The translations under genes and the position numbers were made by a program. Shown here piece by piece: positions 35,786 to 47,820 of a stretch of 64,000 nt of DNA; the first letter of the stretch is position 1, and each line of letters starts with the position of its first letter. Origin of the DNA: Clostridia bacterium (GTDB lineage: Bacteria > Bacillota > Clostridia > UMGS1883); NCBI GenBank assembly GCA_017466275.1, contig JAFTUL010000053.1, forward strand, positions 6,163 to 70,162. Reading direction: 5' to 3'. The notes under the pieces were generated by a model. The model saw only the letters and a list, made by a program, of their open reading frames with translations. It was not told the DNA's origin and did not search any database.

Positions 35786-37177
35786 ATGAGAAATCAGGAT
35801 AAAACAATGGATAAGATTGTTGCACTTTGCAAAGGACGCGGATACGTCTATGCAGGAAGTGAAATTTACGGCGGTCTTTCCAATACATGGGACTACGGTC
35901 CTCTTGGTGTAGAATATAAGAACAACGTTAAAAAAGCTTGGTGGAAAAAATTCGTTACAGAAAGCCCCTACAATGTAGGTCTTGACTGTGCGATTCTTAT
36001 GAATCCTCAGGTTTGGGTTGCCAGCGGCCATGTTGGCGGATTCTCCGACCCTCTTATGGATTGTAAGGAGTGTAAGGCAAGACACCGTGCAGATAAGCTT
36101 ATTGAGGATTTCTGCCATGAAAAAGGCGAGGATATCGTAGTTGACGGATGGAGCAATGAAGAAATGCTCAAATACATTGACGAAAACGGTATCAACTGTC
36201 CCGATTGCGGTAAGCATAACTTTACTGATATCCGTAAGTTCAACCTTATGTTTAAAACATTCCAGGGCGTTACAGAGGATGCAAAGGCTGAAATATACCT
36301 CCGCCCCGAAACAGCTCAGGGTATTTTCGTAAACTTCAAGAATGTTGCACGTACCAGCCGTAAGAAAGTTCCTTTCGGTATTGCACAGGTTGGTAAGTCC
36401 TTCAGAAATGAAATTACACCCGGTAACTTCATCTTCAGAACAAGAGAGTTCGAGCAGATGGAGCTTGAATTCTTCTGCAAGCCCGGTACAGACCTTGAAT
36501 GGTTCAAATACTGGAAAGATTACTGCAGAGATTTCCTCCTTACCCTTGGTATGAAAGAGGAAAACATCCGTCTTCGTGACCATAGCCCCGAAGAACTCAG
36601 CCACTATTCCAATGCTACAACAGATATCGAGTTTATGTTCCCCTTCGGTTGGGGTGAGCTTTGGGGTATCGCTGACAGAACAGATTTCGATCTTACTCAG
36701 CACCAGAATCACAGTGGGGAGAGTATGGAATATATCGACCAGATCACAAACGAGCGTTATGTTCCCTACGTTGTAGAACCCTCTCTTGGTGCAGACCGTG
36801 TAGCTCTCGCATTCCTTTGCGAAGCTTACGACGAGGAAGAAGTAGGCGAGGGAGATGTTCGTACAGTTCTCCGTCTTCATCCTGCCCTTGCACCTGTTAA
36901 GGCTGCAATTCTTCCCCTTTCCAAGAAGCTTGGCGAAAAGGCTGACGAAGTATATCAGAAGCTTATTAAGAAGTACAACTGCGAATATGATGATGCAGGC
37001 TCAATCGGTAAGCGTTATCGCCGTCAGGACGAAATCGGTACTCCGGTATGTATCACAATTGACTTTGATACACTTGAGGATGAGTCCGTTACAGTTCGTG
37101 ACCGTGACACTATGGAGCAGAAGAGAATCAAGATTGAAGAGCTTGATGCTTATATGGCAAATCTTCTTGAGTGGTAA
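35786..37177 (+). CDS. glyQS: Glycine--tRNA ligase (homodimeric type)
   Basis: Motifs [28 protein letters not shown]. About 463 aa. The ATG at 35786 follows GGGAGG. Confidence 0.93.
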   Translation: MRNQDKTMDKIVALCKGRGYVYAGSEIYGGLSNTWDYGPLGVEYKNNVKKAWWKKFVTESPYNVGLDCAILMNPQVWVASGHVGGFSDPLMDCKECKARHRADKLIEDFCHEKGEDIVVDGWSNEEMLKYIDENGINCPDCGKHNFTDIRKFNLMFKTFQGVTEDAKAEIYLRPETAQGIFVNFKNVARTSRKKVPFGIAQVGKSFRNEITPGNFIFRTREFEQMELEFFCKPGTDLEWFKYWKDYCRDFLLTLGMKEENIRLRDHSPEELSHYSNATTDIEFMFPFGWGELWGIADRTDFDLTQHQNHSGESMEYIDQITNERYVPYVVEPSLGADRVALAFLCEAYDEEEVGEGDVRTVLRLHPALAPVKAAILPLSKKLGEKADEVYQKLIKKYNCEYDDAGSIGKRYRRQDEIGTPVCITIDFDTLEDESVTVRDRDTMEQKRIKIEELDAYMANLLEW

Positions 37178-37183
37178 CAGAAT

Positions 37184-38374
37184 ATGAATAATCCGCGTGA
37201 AATTGTATACGACAGATTTATAAAACCCTTTGCAGGGAAATCCCTCGGCAATGTGGGTGTAGAACTGGAATTTCCGCTGATAAATGGTGATGGAGGCGAC
37301 GTAGACACTAAGTTTGTCGCCTCCATTATGGATTTTATCGAGAAAAAAGGATTTTCCTGCGTTCTTTATGGGGTAAACGGTGAAAAGCTCTTTATGGAAA
37401 ACGAAAAGGGTGACTCTCTCAGCTTTGATAACTCCTACAACAATTTTGAGTTTTCAATGATGTATGGTGATAATCTTTTAGATATAAAATCCCGTTTTGA
37501 CTCCTATTATGAAATGGTGCAAAACTACCTTGCACAGAAAAACCATTCCCTTGCAGACCGTGGTACTAACCCGAACTTTTCGAATTTAAGTGTGAATCAT
37601 ACGCCTTTTGCAACCTACAATATGGTGCAGGAGTATCTCCACAAATTCCCCGGTACACACGGATACAACGATTTTCCTGCCTTTATGTCATCGGTACAGA
37701 CACACCTTGATATTGGGTTGGAGGAAGTTCCCCGTGCATATACTCTTTTTTGCAAACTGGATTTTGTGCGTGGACTTCTTTTCGGAAATTCTCCTGATTT
37801 CGAGGGGAAAGGTTGGAGGATTTTCCGTGACTATCTGTGGGAGAAAAGCGGTTTCGGAAATTCCCCTGAAATTACAGGAAGCATTGACAGAAGCTTTGAA
37901 ACTGCCGATGATATTATAGATTTCTATCTTGAAAAAGGTATGTTCAACCGCATCAGAGATGGGAAATACGAGGTCTTTAAACCTATCCCCATTAAGGAAT
38001 ACTTCCTGCAGGAAGATGCAAAAAAAGAGGATATCGAGTGCTACCTTTCATTCCGTAATGTGGAGCTTACCTGCCGTGGAACTCTTGAGGTAAGAAGCGA
38101 CTGCACACAGAAAAGAGGCAGATTCTTTATGCCACCTGCCTTTAATTTAGGTATACTTAACAATATAGAAAAGGCAGAGAGTACACTTGAAGATTTCTTC
38201 AAAAACTGCAATATTAAAAAGCCAAACTCCGAGCTTAGAAAACTTGTTAACGAATGCAGAGAAGAGGAAATTGCACCAAAGTTTATTCTTGATGAACTTT
38301 GCGGACAAATGCTTGAAATAGCCCGTGAGGGACTCCTCTCCCGTGGTAAAGGTGAAGAAGAGCTGTTAAAATAA
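37184..38374 (+). CDS. Glutamate--cysteine ligase family 2 / carboxylate-amine ligase-like protein
   Basis: 396 aa. The VGVELEFPL motif is typical of GCS2-type ligases. Starts 7 nt after glyQS. Confidence 0.5.
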   Translation: MNNPREIVYDRFIKPFAGKSLGNVGVELEFPLINGDGGDVDTKFVASIMDFIEKKGFSCVLYGVNGEKLFMENEKGDSLSFDNSYNNFEFSMMYGDNLLDIKSRFDSYYEMVQNYLAQKNHSLADRGTNPNFSNLSVNHTPFATYNMVQEYLHKFPGTHGYNDFPAFMSSVQTHLDIGLEEVPRAYTLFCKLDFVRGLLFGNSPDFEGKGWRIFRDYLWEKSGFGNSPEITGSIDRSFETADDIIDFYLEKGMFNRIRDGKYEVFKPIPIKEYFLQEDAKKEDIECYLSFRNVELTCRGTLEVRSDCTQKRGRFFMPPAFNLGILNNIEKAESTLEDFFKNCNIKKPNSELRKLVNECREEEIAPKFILDELCGQMLEIAREGLLSRGKGEEELLK

Positions 38375-38408
38375 AAAATACGGTGTGAATTTTCACACCG
38401 TATTTTTT
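38373..38408. terminator. Bidirectional terminator
   Basis: AATACGGTGTGAA-...-TTCACACCGTATT flanked by an A-run and a T-run. Confidence 0.8.
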
Positions 38409-38410
38409 AC

Positions 38411-39118
38411 TTATATATCCTTTGAAAGATAGCTGATAGCTGTTTTTACTGATTCCTTTTCCTCTGTGCTAAGCTCTTTTCCTGCATTGCGGTAGTCAAA
38501 TGACAGGGTAAAATTATGTAAATTTTCGTACAATGCACCAAGCTGTTTTTTCTGGTTTTCTGCAAGCATCAGAAGAAATTCCTCTTTTTTCTTTCCATGA
38601 ATTTCTCCACTAGATTTTTGTGCAGCAAGGGCTGTATGCTCCAGACAAAGCCCCTTTGAATTTTCAAACATTTTGCGAAAATCAGCTTCATTTGCCCATA
38701 GGTGGGCGAAATTTTCTGCCGCATCGGACATTTGTGAATCAAGCTTTTCACAAAGGGTACAACTAGTGGCTTTCCTATATAAATTACTGCTGAAAATATC
38801 CGCTGGTGATTCCTTGGAAAACATCCCCGATTTTTTAGGTATCTCCATACTTTTCTCAAGCTCTTTAATATGGGTTTCAAGCATCAGGGCAAGACTCAGC
38901 CTGTTATTTCTGTCAAAAAGCATCTTTATATGATTTTTGCAAAACCCTTTTTCATTCGTCATTTCACGGCTGTCAGGCTCCATCATAGACGGCCCTAAAA
39001 AATATTCCACTGCCTGCTCCTGAAGTTTCTTTTCAAGAGTGCAAAGCGGGCATCCTGAGTTTTCCTCCAACGCTTCAGTAAGAGGAATGCTGTAAATTCG
39101 TTCTTTCATATAGTTCAC
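38411..39118 (-). CDS. Hypothetical CxxC-motif protein (DUF6062-like)
   Basis: 235 aa with CPLC and CTLC motifs. Function unknown. Confidence 0.55.
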   Translation of the reverse strand: MNYMKERIYSIPLTEALEENSGCPLCTLEKKLQEQAVEYFLGPSMMEPDSREMTNEKGFCKNHIKMLFDRNNRLSLALMLETHIKELEKSMEIPKKSGMFSKESPADIFSSNLYRKATSCTLCEKLDSQMSDAAENFAHLWANEADFRKMFENSKGLCLEHTALAAQKSSGEIHGKKKEEFLLMLAENQKKQLGALYENLHNFTLSFDYRNAGKELSTEEKESVKTAISYLSKDI

Positions 39119-39149
39119 CTCAATAACCCTATTTTACCACAAAATTTAT

Positions 39150-39174
39150 CATATTACAAGTATGGGACATACAC
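39150..39174 (+). promoter_or_regulatory. Candidate sporulation (sigma-E/K type) promoter of sigK
   Basis: CATATT, 12 nt, CATACAC. This resembles the mother-cell ATATT / CATACA-T elements, but the spacing is shorter than I recall for the consensus. Confidence 0.35.
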
Positions 39175-39221
39175 GAATTTAAACATCTTCGAATATAGTG
39201 TTAATCGGAGGTGTTTTTTCG

Positions 39222-39890
39222 ATGTTTAATTTTTTTAAAATAAAAAAATACTTCGAAAGCGGAAATGTGTATCTTCTTCAGGGTAGCAGCTTTCCCGAGC
39301 CGCTGACTGATTCGGAGGAGAGGTATTATCTCAGGAAAATGCACGAGGGAGATGAGGATGCAAAAAACATACTTATTGAGCACAATCTCAGACTTGTTGC
39401 ACATATTGTCAAAAAATATCCGTCTGCAGGAGAGAATGATGACCTCATTTCCATTGGCACCATAGGGCTTATAAAAGGGATTTCTTCATATGACACCAAC
39501 AAAAAAACCAAGCTTGCCACCTATGTTGCAAGGTGTATAGAAAATGAAATACTTATGGCTATCAGGAAAGACAAGAAATATGCCAATCAGGTGTCGCTCA
39601 ACGAACCGATAGGTTTTGACAGCGACGGAAACGAGGTGTCGCTGATGGATGTACTCCAGAGCGATACTGAGGACATCTGTGAAAAAATCGACAAGGAAAA
39701 TATGATAGCATTATTATACAGAAAAATAAAAACGACCCTTGCGGAAAGGGAACAGCAGATTTTGTGCCTGCGTTACGGGCTTTTCGGGATGAAAGCCCTC
39801 CCGCAGAGAGAGGTTGCCGATATACTCGGAATCAGCCGCAGCTATGTTTCAAGGATTGAAACTAAGGCAATCGACAAACTATGCGAATAA
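39222..39890 (+). CDS. sigK: Sporulation sigma factor SigK (pro-sigma-K), uninterrupted
   Basis: Region 2 IEHNLRLVAHIVKKY and ISIGTIGLIKGI, region 4 GISRSYVSRIE. An N-terminal pro-sequence is present. The ATG at 39222 follows GGAGGTG. Confidence 0.85.
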   Translation: MFNFFKIKKYFESGNVYLLQGSSFPEPLTDSEERYYLRKMHEGDEDAKNILIEHNLRLVAHIVKKYPSAGENDDLISIGTIGLIKGISSYDTNKKTKLATYVARCIENEILMAIRKDKKYANQVSLNEPIGFDSDGNEVSLMDVLQSDTEDICEKIDKENMIALLYRKIKTTLAEREQQILCLRYGLFGMKALPQREVADILGISRSYVSRIETKAIDKLCE

Positions 39891-40021
39891 AAGGGAATGT
39901 TAAAAATGCCCAGAGCACAAAAAGGCGAAGAAAAGACAGAGTACCCTCGTACGCCTTCGGGTAACCCACGGCAAGCCGTGGCTCAGTTTGTCCGTTCTAA
40001 ACATTTTTTCCTATTCCCTGA

Positions 40022-40061
40022 AAAAAGTGGCTATAAAAATTCGTTTTTATAGCCACTTTTT
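40022..40061. terminator. Bidirectional terminator between sigK and eno
   Basis: AAAAGTGGCTATAAAAA-...-TTTTTATAGCCACTTTT. Confidence 0.8.
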
Positions 40062-40062
40062 C

Positions 40063-42592
<2,530 letters not shown>

Positions 42593-42616
42593 ATATATGC
42601 CTCCTTTGAAAATTTT

Positions 42617-43714
42617 TTATACGTTAAATCTGAAGAGAACAATATCTCCGTCCTGCATAACATATTCCTTGCCCTCACTGCGGACAAGACCTTTTTCCTT
42701 TGCAGCGGCGTGGCTTCCGCATTCTATGAGGTCGTTATATGCAACAACCTCCGCACGGATAAAGCCCTTTTCAAAATCTGTATGGATTTTACCTGCCGCC
42801 TGAGGTGCTTTTGTACCTCTTGTGATAGTCCACGCTCTTACCTCGGGCTGACCTGCAGTAAGGTAGCTGATAAGACCAAGGAGTGCATAGCTCTTTTTAA
42901 CAAGGCGGTCAAGACCAGACTCGTTAAGTCCCATTTCCTCCAAGAACATCTGCTTTTCTTCACCGTCAAGAGAGCTGATTTCCTCTTCAATCTGTGCGGA
43001 GATGGGAAGTACCTGCGCATTTTCCTGTGCGGCAATTTCTTCCACTTTTTTAACAAATTCGTTGTTTTCGATGCCTGCCGCAAAATCACCCTCGGCAACA
43101 TTTGCCGCATAGAGTACGGGCTTCATTGTAAGGAGTGAAAGCTCCTTTACGATTTCAGCTTCATCATCGGTGATTTCTACGCTTCTTGCACTTTTTCCGC
43201 TTTCGAGAGCTTCCTTGTATCTCTTCCACAGCTCAAGCTCTGCGGCGTATTTCTTGTCACCCGATTTCATCATTTTCATAGTTCTGTCAATACGCTTGTC
43301 CACACTTTCAAGGTCGGCAAATACAAGCTCCAGATTGATTGTTTCAATATCTCGCTGCGGGTCAACACTTCCGTCAACGTGAACGATATTTGCATCCTCG
43401 AAGCACCTTACAACGTGAACGATTGCATCAACCTCACGAATATGGGAAAGGAACTTGTTACCCAAGCCCTCGCCACGGCTTGCACCGCGTACAAGACCTG
43501 CAATATCAACAAACTCCACAATCGCGGGAGTTACCTTTTCGGGATTGTGCATTTTTGCAAGGACATCCAACCTTTCGTCGGGAACTGCAACAACGCCAAC
43601 ATTAGGCTCAATAGTACAGAAAGGGTAGTTTGCACTTTCTGCTCCTGCCTTTGTGATTGCGTTAAAAAGGGTACTTTTTCCAACGTTGGGTAGTCCTACT
43701 ATACCTAATTTCAT
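42617..43714 (-). CDS. ychF: Redox-regulated ATPase YchF
   Basis: G1 motif GLPNVGKST and a C-terminal TGS-like domain. 365 aa. Confidence 0.93.
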   Translation of the reverse strand: MKLGIVGLPNVGKSTLFNAITKAGAESANYPFCTIEPNVGVVAVPDERLDVLAKMHNPEKVTPAIVEFVDIAGLVRGASRGEGLGNKFLSHIREVDAIVHVVRCFEDANIVHVDGSVDPQRDIETINLELVFADLESVDKRIDRTMKMMKSGDKKYAAELELWKRYKEALESGKSARSVEITDDEAEIVKELSLLTMKPVLYAANVAEGDFAAGIENNEFVKKVEEIAAQENAQVLPISAQIEEEISSLDGEEKQMFLEEMGLNESGLDRLVKKSYALLGLISYLTAGQPEVRAWTITRGTKAPQAAGKIHTDFEKGFIRAEVVAYNDLIECGSHAAAKEKGLVRSEGKEYVMQDGDIVLFRFNV

Positions 43715-43882
43715 AAAATTTTACATCTCCTTGGCTTTTTCGCGAAAAAACGATAAAAATATATACATTATTATAATACCATAGCCAAGAAGATTTATCA
43801 ATAAAAATGTTATAAATTGTTGTATCTCGGGGTAAAATATGTATTTTTAAAATAAAAAAACGCATAATGCGTTTTAAAAAAA

Positions 43883-44119
43883 TTATTTTTTCTTTTTTTT
43901 AAGCCATAAAGAGATAAGCAAAAGGATAATCCCCAAAACAATCATCAATCCTGCGTGTCCAAGTTCCTGTTTGTAAAAATCGTGGCGTGTCTGTGCATAG
44001 TACATTCCGTATTCAAGGAAATTTTCACCTGCTTCTTTTTTCCACAGAACCGTATCAAGAATATAAATAAGTCCCTCAATCACACTATAAATACCAAAAA
44101 ATAACAATACTGAAAGCAT
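43883..44119 (-). CDS. Small membrane protein, unknown function
   Basis: 78 aa with two hydrophobic helices and a KKKKK tail. RBS GGGGGA lies 7 nt upstream. Confidence 0.55.
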   Translation of the reverse strand: MLSVLLFFGIYSVIEGLIYILDTVLWKKEAGENFLEYGMYYAQTRHDFYKQELGHAGLMIVLGIILLLISLWLKKKKK

Positions 44120-44322
44120 TATATTTCCCCCAAATTAAAAAAGTGCGTCAACCGAAGCCGACGCACTAAAAAACGCAAACTCCGATTTGTTGCTACACAA
44201 ACTTAATAGGAGCATATGCTTACCCTAAGTTGGAATTTGCGTTTTTTGCAAAATTCAGACTTAGAATAAGCTAAAAAAATGCATAGTATACCCCTTAAAT
44301 GACACTATTAAGTTTGTGTAGC
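44120..44322 (-). promoter_or_regulatory. Attenuator-like approx. 200-nt leader with a 7-codon uORF and two terminator hairpins
   Basis: Minus-strand promoter TTGTAT (44357-44352), 17 nt, TATAAT (44334-44329). uORF ATGCATTTTTTTAGCTTATTCTAA (44284-44261) follows AAGGGG. Terminator T2 AGTGCGTC...GACGCACT plus U6 spans 44137-44167. Confidence 0.4.
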
Positions 44323-44323
44323 A
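44191..44323. repeat. Perfect 19-bp inverted repeat TGCTACACAAACTTAATAG, 95 bp apart
   Basis: Arms at 44191-44209 and 44305-44323. It crosses a second 12-bp inverted repeat AAAAAACGCAAA (44168-44179) / TTTGCGTTTTTT (44236-44247). Confidence 0.85.
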
Positions 44324-44450
44324 CATTTATTATACCATTATACGGGTAAAAATACAATATTAATTTTTCTATTTACATAATGTTTACAAAAAAACTATTT
44401 AACATTTACTTTTTTATGTTATAATAGTAGCTGATGAAAGGAGGGTGTCT

Positions 44451-45143
44451 ATGAAAAAAGTACCGACCATACTTATTGCTGATGATGATGCAAATATCTG
44501 CGAGCTGGTAAGACTCTATCTTGAAAAAGAGGGATTCCAGACCGTTGTGTGTCTTGACGGTAAGAGAGCCATTGAAATCTTCCGCGAGGGCGGAATAGAC
44601 CTTGCGATACTTGACATAATGATGCCCAAGGCTGACGGAGTTACCGTATGCCGTGAAATCCGCAAGGAGAGTAAAATGCCCGTTATTATGCTGACGGCAA
44701 AGGGCGAAACCTTTGACAAGGTGTTGTGCCTTGACCTCGGGGCAGATGATTATATTGTGAAACCGTTCGAGGGAAAAGAGCTTGTTGCCCGCGTGAAAGC
44801 GGTACTCCGAAGAACTCTCCCCGAAGATACCGAAAACACGGAAAAGATTGTTTCCTATGAAAACATAACGGTAAACCTCACCAATTATGAGCTTATCATA
44901 AACGGAAGCAGTATGGATATTCCGCCCAAGGAGCTGGAACTTCTTTACTATCTTGCGTCACACCCCAACAGGGTTTTCACTCGTGAACAGCTTTTGGAGG
45001 ACGTGTGGGGCTTTGACTATTACGGAGATTCAAGAACGGTGGATGTTCATATTAAGCGTATCCGCGAAAAAATTGAGGGGCTTAGCGAAAAGTGGACTCT
45101 CAAAACCGTGTGGAGCGTAGGATACAAATTTGAGGTGAAGTAA
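44451..45143 (+). CDS. OmpR-family response regulator
   Basis: Receiver domain (ILIADDD...LDIMMP...K) plus a winged-helix C-terminus (VWGFDYYGDSRTVDVHIKRIREK). The ATG at 44451 follows AGGAGGG. Confidence 0.9.
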   Translation: MKKVPTILIADDDANICELVRLYLEKEGFQTVVCLDGKRAIEIFREGGIDLAILDIMMPKADGVTVCREIRKESKMPVIMLTAKGETFDKVLCLDLGADDYIVKPFEGKELVARVKAVLRRTLPEDTENTEKIVSYENITVNLTNYELIINGSSMDIPPKELELLYYLASHPNRVFTREQLLEDVWGFDYYGDSRTVDVHIKRIREKIEGLSEKWTLKTVWSVGYKFEVK

Positions 45144-46574
45144 GTGGGGAAATCACTTTTTACAAAAATATTCCTTACACAGATAGCAGGCGCACTTTTG
45201 GTGCTTGCACTCATAATTCCTGCCGTGTTTATGATGATAGGCGAATTTTTCGTTTCCAATAATAAGGAAGCCATTTTGCAGGATGCAAGCCGTGTGGCAA
45301 CATTGACATCGCAGTTTGCAGACATTTCGGGTGACGAACATACATGGAACTTTTTCAGGCAGGGTATCGAGTTTGTAGGCGGACAGAGTACTGTGCTTGT
45401 CACAAATTTTGACGGGGCAGTTATTGCGGCACCCGAAAATACACAGGGTATTAATATAGACAAAATCGACAAAAATTTTATTGAGGTTGTGGAGAATGGT
45501 AAAAGCGTTGTCAGACTGTATTCAAAAGGGGAAATTTTCAATCAGCAGACATTGGTTGCAATTGTCCCTATTGAAAAATATGACGTAATTTCCAAGCAGT
45601 CAAAGTTCCTCGGTGCGGCAATTGCGATAAAGAGTATGCCCCAGATTCGCGGTATACAGAACAGATTACTAAGAATTATTTTACTTGCACAGATTGTTGC
45701 GTGGATAGTGGCGTTTTTAGTGTCGTCAGTTCTGACAAGCCAGATTATAAAGCCTATAAAGAGGATGCGTACTGCCGCAAAGAGCATTGCTTCGGGTAAT
45801 TTCAAGGAAAGAATCCCCATAACCTCCTCAGACGAGGTGGGACAGCTTGCGGAAAGCTTCAACTCTATGACACATTCGCTTGAAGAACTGGAGAATATGC
45901 GTTCCTCCTTTATTTCCGACGTATCCCACGAATTAAGAACACCTATGACTACAATCAGCGGATTTGTAGAGGGTATTCTTGACGGAACAATCCCTGAGGA
46001 AAAGCGGGAAAAGTACCTTTCCACGGTGCTTGAGGAAACAAAACGCCTAAGCAGGCTTGTGAACGACCTGTTGGAAGCATCACGGCTTGAACAGGGTAAA
46101 ATCAGTATAAATAAGGAAGATACAGACATAAACAGAATTGTTGCGGAAGCGGTATTCTCCTACGAAAAACAGCTTCTCGATAAAAAGATTGACGTAAACC
46201 TTGACCTTGCAGGGAACGAATGCCGTGCAATGGCTGACGGAGATTCCATAAAAAGGGTTATGATAAATCTTATCGATAACGCAATAAAATTTACTCCCGA
46301 GTGCGGAAAAATCTCTGTGGAAACTAAAAGCGAGGGCAAAAAAGTCTATGTCAGCGTGCAAAACAGCGGTGACGGAATAGAAAAAGACGACCTCCGCCAT
46401 ATATGGGAACGTTTCTACAAAACGGACAAAAGCCGAAGTCAGGACAAAAAGGGTGTGGGTCTTGGACTTCATATAGTAAAAACAATCATCACTCAGCACG
46501 GCGGAGAAATTTTCGCCGAAAGCGAAGTGGGTGAATATACAAAATTTACATTTGTGCTTGAAAAGAGTGTATAA
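45144..46574 (+). CDS. Sensor histidine kinase (TM-sensor-TM-HAMP-HisKA-HATPase)
   Basis: H-box SDVSHELRTP, plus N, G1 and G2 boxes (NLIDNAIKF, GVGLGL). GTG start abuts the regulator stop. Confidence 0.9.
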   Translation: MGKSLFTKIFLTQIAGALLVLALIIPAVFMMIGEFFVSNNKEAILQDASRVATLTSQFADISGDEHTWNFFRQGIEFVGGQSTVLVTNFDGAVIAAPENTQGINIDKIDKNFIEVVENGKSVVRLYSKGEIFNQQTLVAIVPIEKYDVISKQSKFLGAAIAIKSMPQIRGIQNRLLRIILLAQIVAWIVAFLVSSVLTSQIIKPIKRMRTAAKSIASGNFKERIPITSSDEVGQLAESFNSMTHSLEELENMRSSFISDVSHELRTPMTTISGFVEGILDGTIPEEKREKYLSTVLEETKRLSRLVNDLLEASRLEQGKISINKEDTDINRIVAEAVFSYEKQLLDKKIDVNLDLAGNECRAMADGDSIKRVMINLIDNAIKFTPECGKISVETKSEGKKVYVSVQNSGDGIEKDDLRHIWERFYKTDKSRSQDKKGVGLGLHIVKTIITQHGGEIFAESEVGEYTKFTFVLEKSV

Positions 46575-46589
46575 GAAAGGGTGAAAAAT

Positions 46590-47717
46590 ATGAAAAAAAC
46601 CTTTTTCAGCGTGCTTGCAGGTGCATTGGCAGGCGGTATAATTGCAAGTATGCTTACCTTGGGAATTACGGGTAACATCAGCCTCCCTGCAACGGAAAAA
46701 CTGCAGAATGTTCAGAGTGTCAGCTTTGAAAATCAGGGTATTACAGCTCTCACGACAGAAAACGGAAAGAGGGAAGCTCTTGCCGTTGAGGAAATTGCAA
46801 AGAGAGTCGGCCCCTCAGTTGTAGGTATTTCCTGCAAGGTTGTGACAAGAACATATTTCGGTCAGCAGACGGCAGAGTCAATCGGCAGCGGAATTATCAT
46901 AAAGAATGAAGGATATATTGTTACAAATTACCATGTAATAGAGGGTGCTTCGACAATCACCGTCAAGCTTACAAGCGGAAACCAGTACACCGCAACCGTT
47001 ATCGGTGGTGATGAAAAAACCGATATTGCAGTTATAAAAATAAACGCAAACGAGGAGCTTAAAACCGCAATTATAGGTGATTCCGACTCAATTGAGGTGG
47101 GAGAGCTTGCAGTAGCAATCGGCAACCCCCTTGCAAATGAACTGTTCGGTACAGTTACCGCCGGTGTAATAAGCGGTGTCAACCGTACAATGACCGTGGG
47201 ACAGAGGGAAATGAACCTTATCCAGACCGATGCGGCAATCAGCCCCGGAAACAGCGGTGGCGCACTCATCAATAAATATGGTGAGGTAATCGGTATAAAC
47301 AGCGTCAAGTTAGTGGATGATGCGGCAGAGGGACTGGGCTTTGCAATCCCGATGAACGAGGCAGTTCCCATTGTGCAGGATCTTACAACATACGGTTATG
47401 TAAAGGGCAGACCCATGATTGGCGTAAGCGTAGTGGAAATAACAAAGGAAATTGCATACTATAATAATCTTCCTGCAGAGAGCGGACTTTATATTATGAG
47501 TGTTACCGACGGCAGCGGAGCATATAAGGCAGGTCTTACAAGAGGGGATATTATAATAAAATTTGACGGTACACCTGTAACAACCTCTACCGAAATGAAT
47601 AAAATCAGGGATAAGCATAAAGCAGGTGACCGAGTAACCGTTACATTTCTGAGAAACGGTCAGCAGAAGAATGTAAGCATAACGCTGACGGAAGATATGT
47701 CGGGTAGGAAGAATTAG
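46590..47717 (+). CDS. htrA: HtrA/DegP-family serine protease with PDZ domain
   Basis: N-terminal TM helix. Catalytic triad context TNYHV, DIAVIK, GNSGGAL. C-terminal PDZ domain. Confidence 0.88.
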   Translation: MKKTFFSVLAGALAGGIIASMLTLGITGNISLPATEKLQNVQSVSFENQGITALTTENGKREALAVEEIAKRVGPSVVGISCKVVTRTYFGQQTAESIGSGIIIKNEGYIVTNYHVIEGASTITVKLTSGNQYTATVIGGDEKTDIAVIKINANEELKTAIIGDSDSIEVGELAVAIGNPLANELFGTVTAGVISGVNRTMTVGQREMNLIQTDAAISPGNSGGALINKYGEVIGINSVKLVDDAAEGLGFAIPMNEAVPIVQDLTTYGYVKGRPMIGVSVVEITKEIAYYNNLPAESGLYIMSVTDGSGAYKAGLTRGDIIIKFDGTPVTTSTEMNKIRDKHKAGDRVTVTFLRNGQQKNVSITLTEDMSGRKN

Positions 47718-47746
47718 TTGACAAATAACAAAAAAACGGATACAAT
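47718..47746 (+). promoter_or_regulatory. queT promoter
   Basis: TTGACA, 17 nt, TACAAT, immediately after the htrA stop. Confidence 0.65.
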
Positions 47747-47749
47747 TAT

Positions 47750-47817
47750 CCAAGACGAGTTCGGAACCATCCTCGTCGTAAGGTGAAACCTTACAAATCA
47801 AAACTAAGGAGAAATGA
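47750..47817 (+). promoter_or_regulatory. preQ1-riboswitch-like leader (class uncertain)
   Basis: GACGAG-UUCGGAACCAUC-CUCGUC hairpin (12-nt loop starting UUC), then GUAAGG-UGAAA-CCUUAC, then the A-rich tail AAAUCAAAACUAAGGAG that includes the SD. Upstream of queT. Confidence 0.5.
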
Positions 47818-47820
47818 ATA

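Noticed and set aside
35762-36880. 372-aa ORF antisense to glyQS
   Set aside because: Same reasoning. It is entirely within glyQS, has low-complexity antisense-type composition and no start context.
39222-39890. skin-like intervening element in sigK
   Set aside because: Regions 2 to 4 of SigK are contiguous in one 222-codon ORF, so there is no interruption.
39891-40021. Possible 49-codon ORF (MPRAQKGEEKTEYPRT...) after sigK
   Set aside because: Weak SD. The composition is unremarkable and it runs into the terminator. Insufficient evidence to call a gene.
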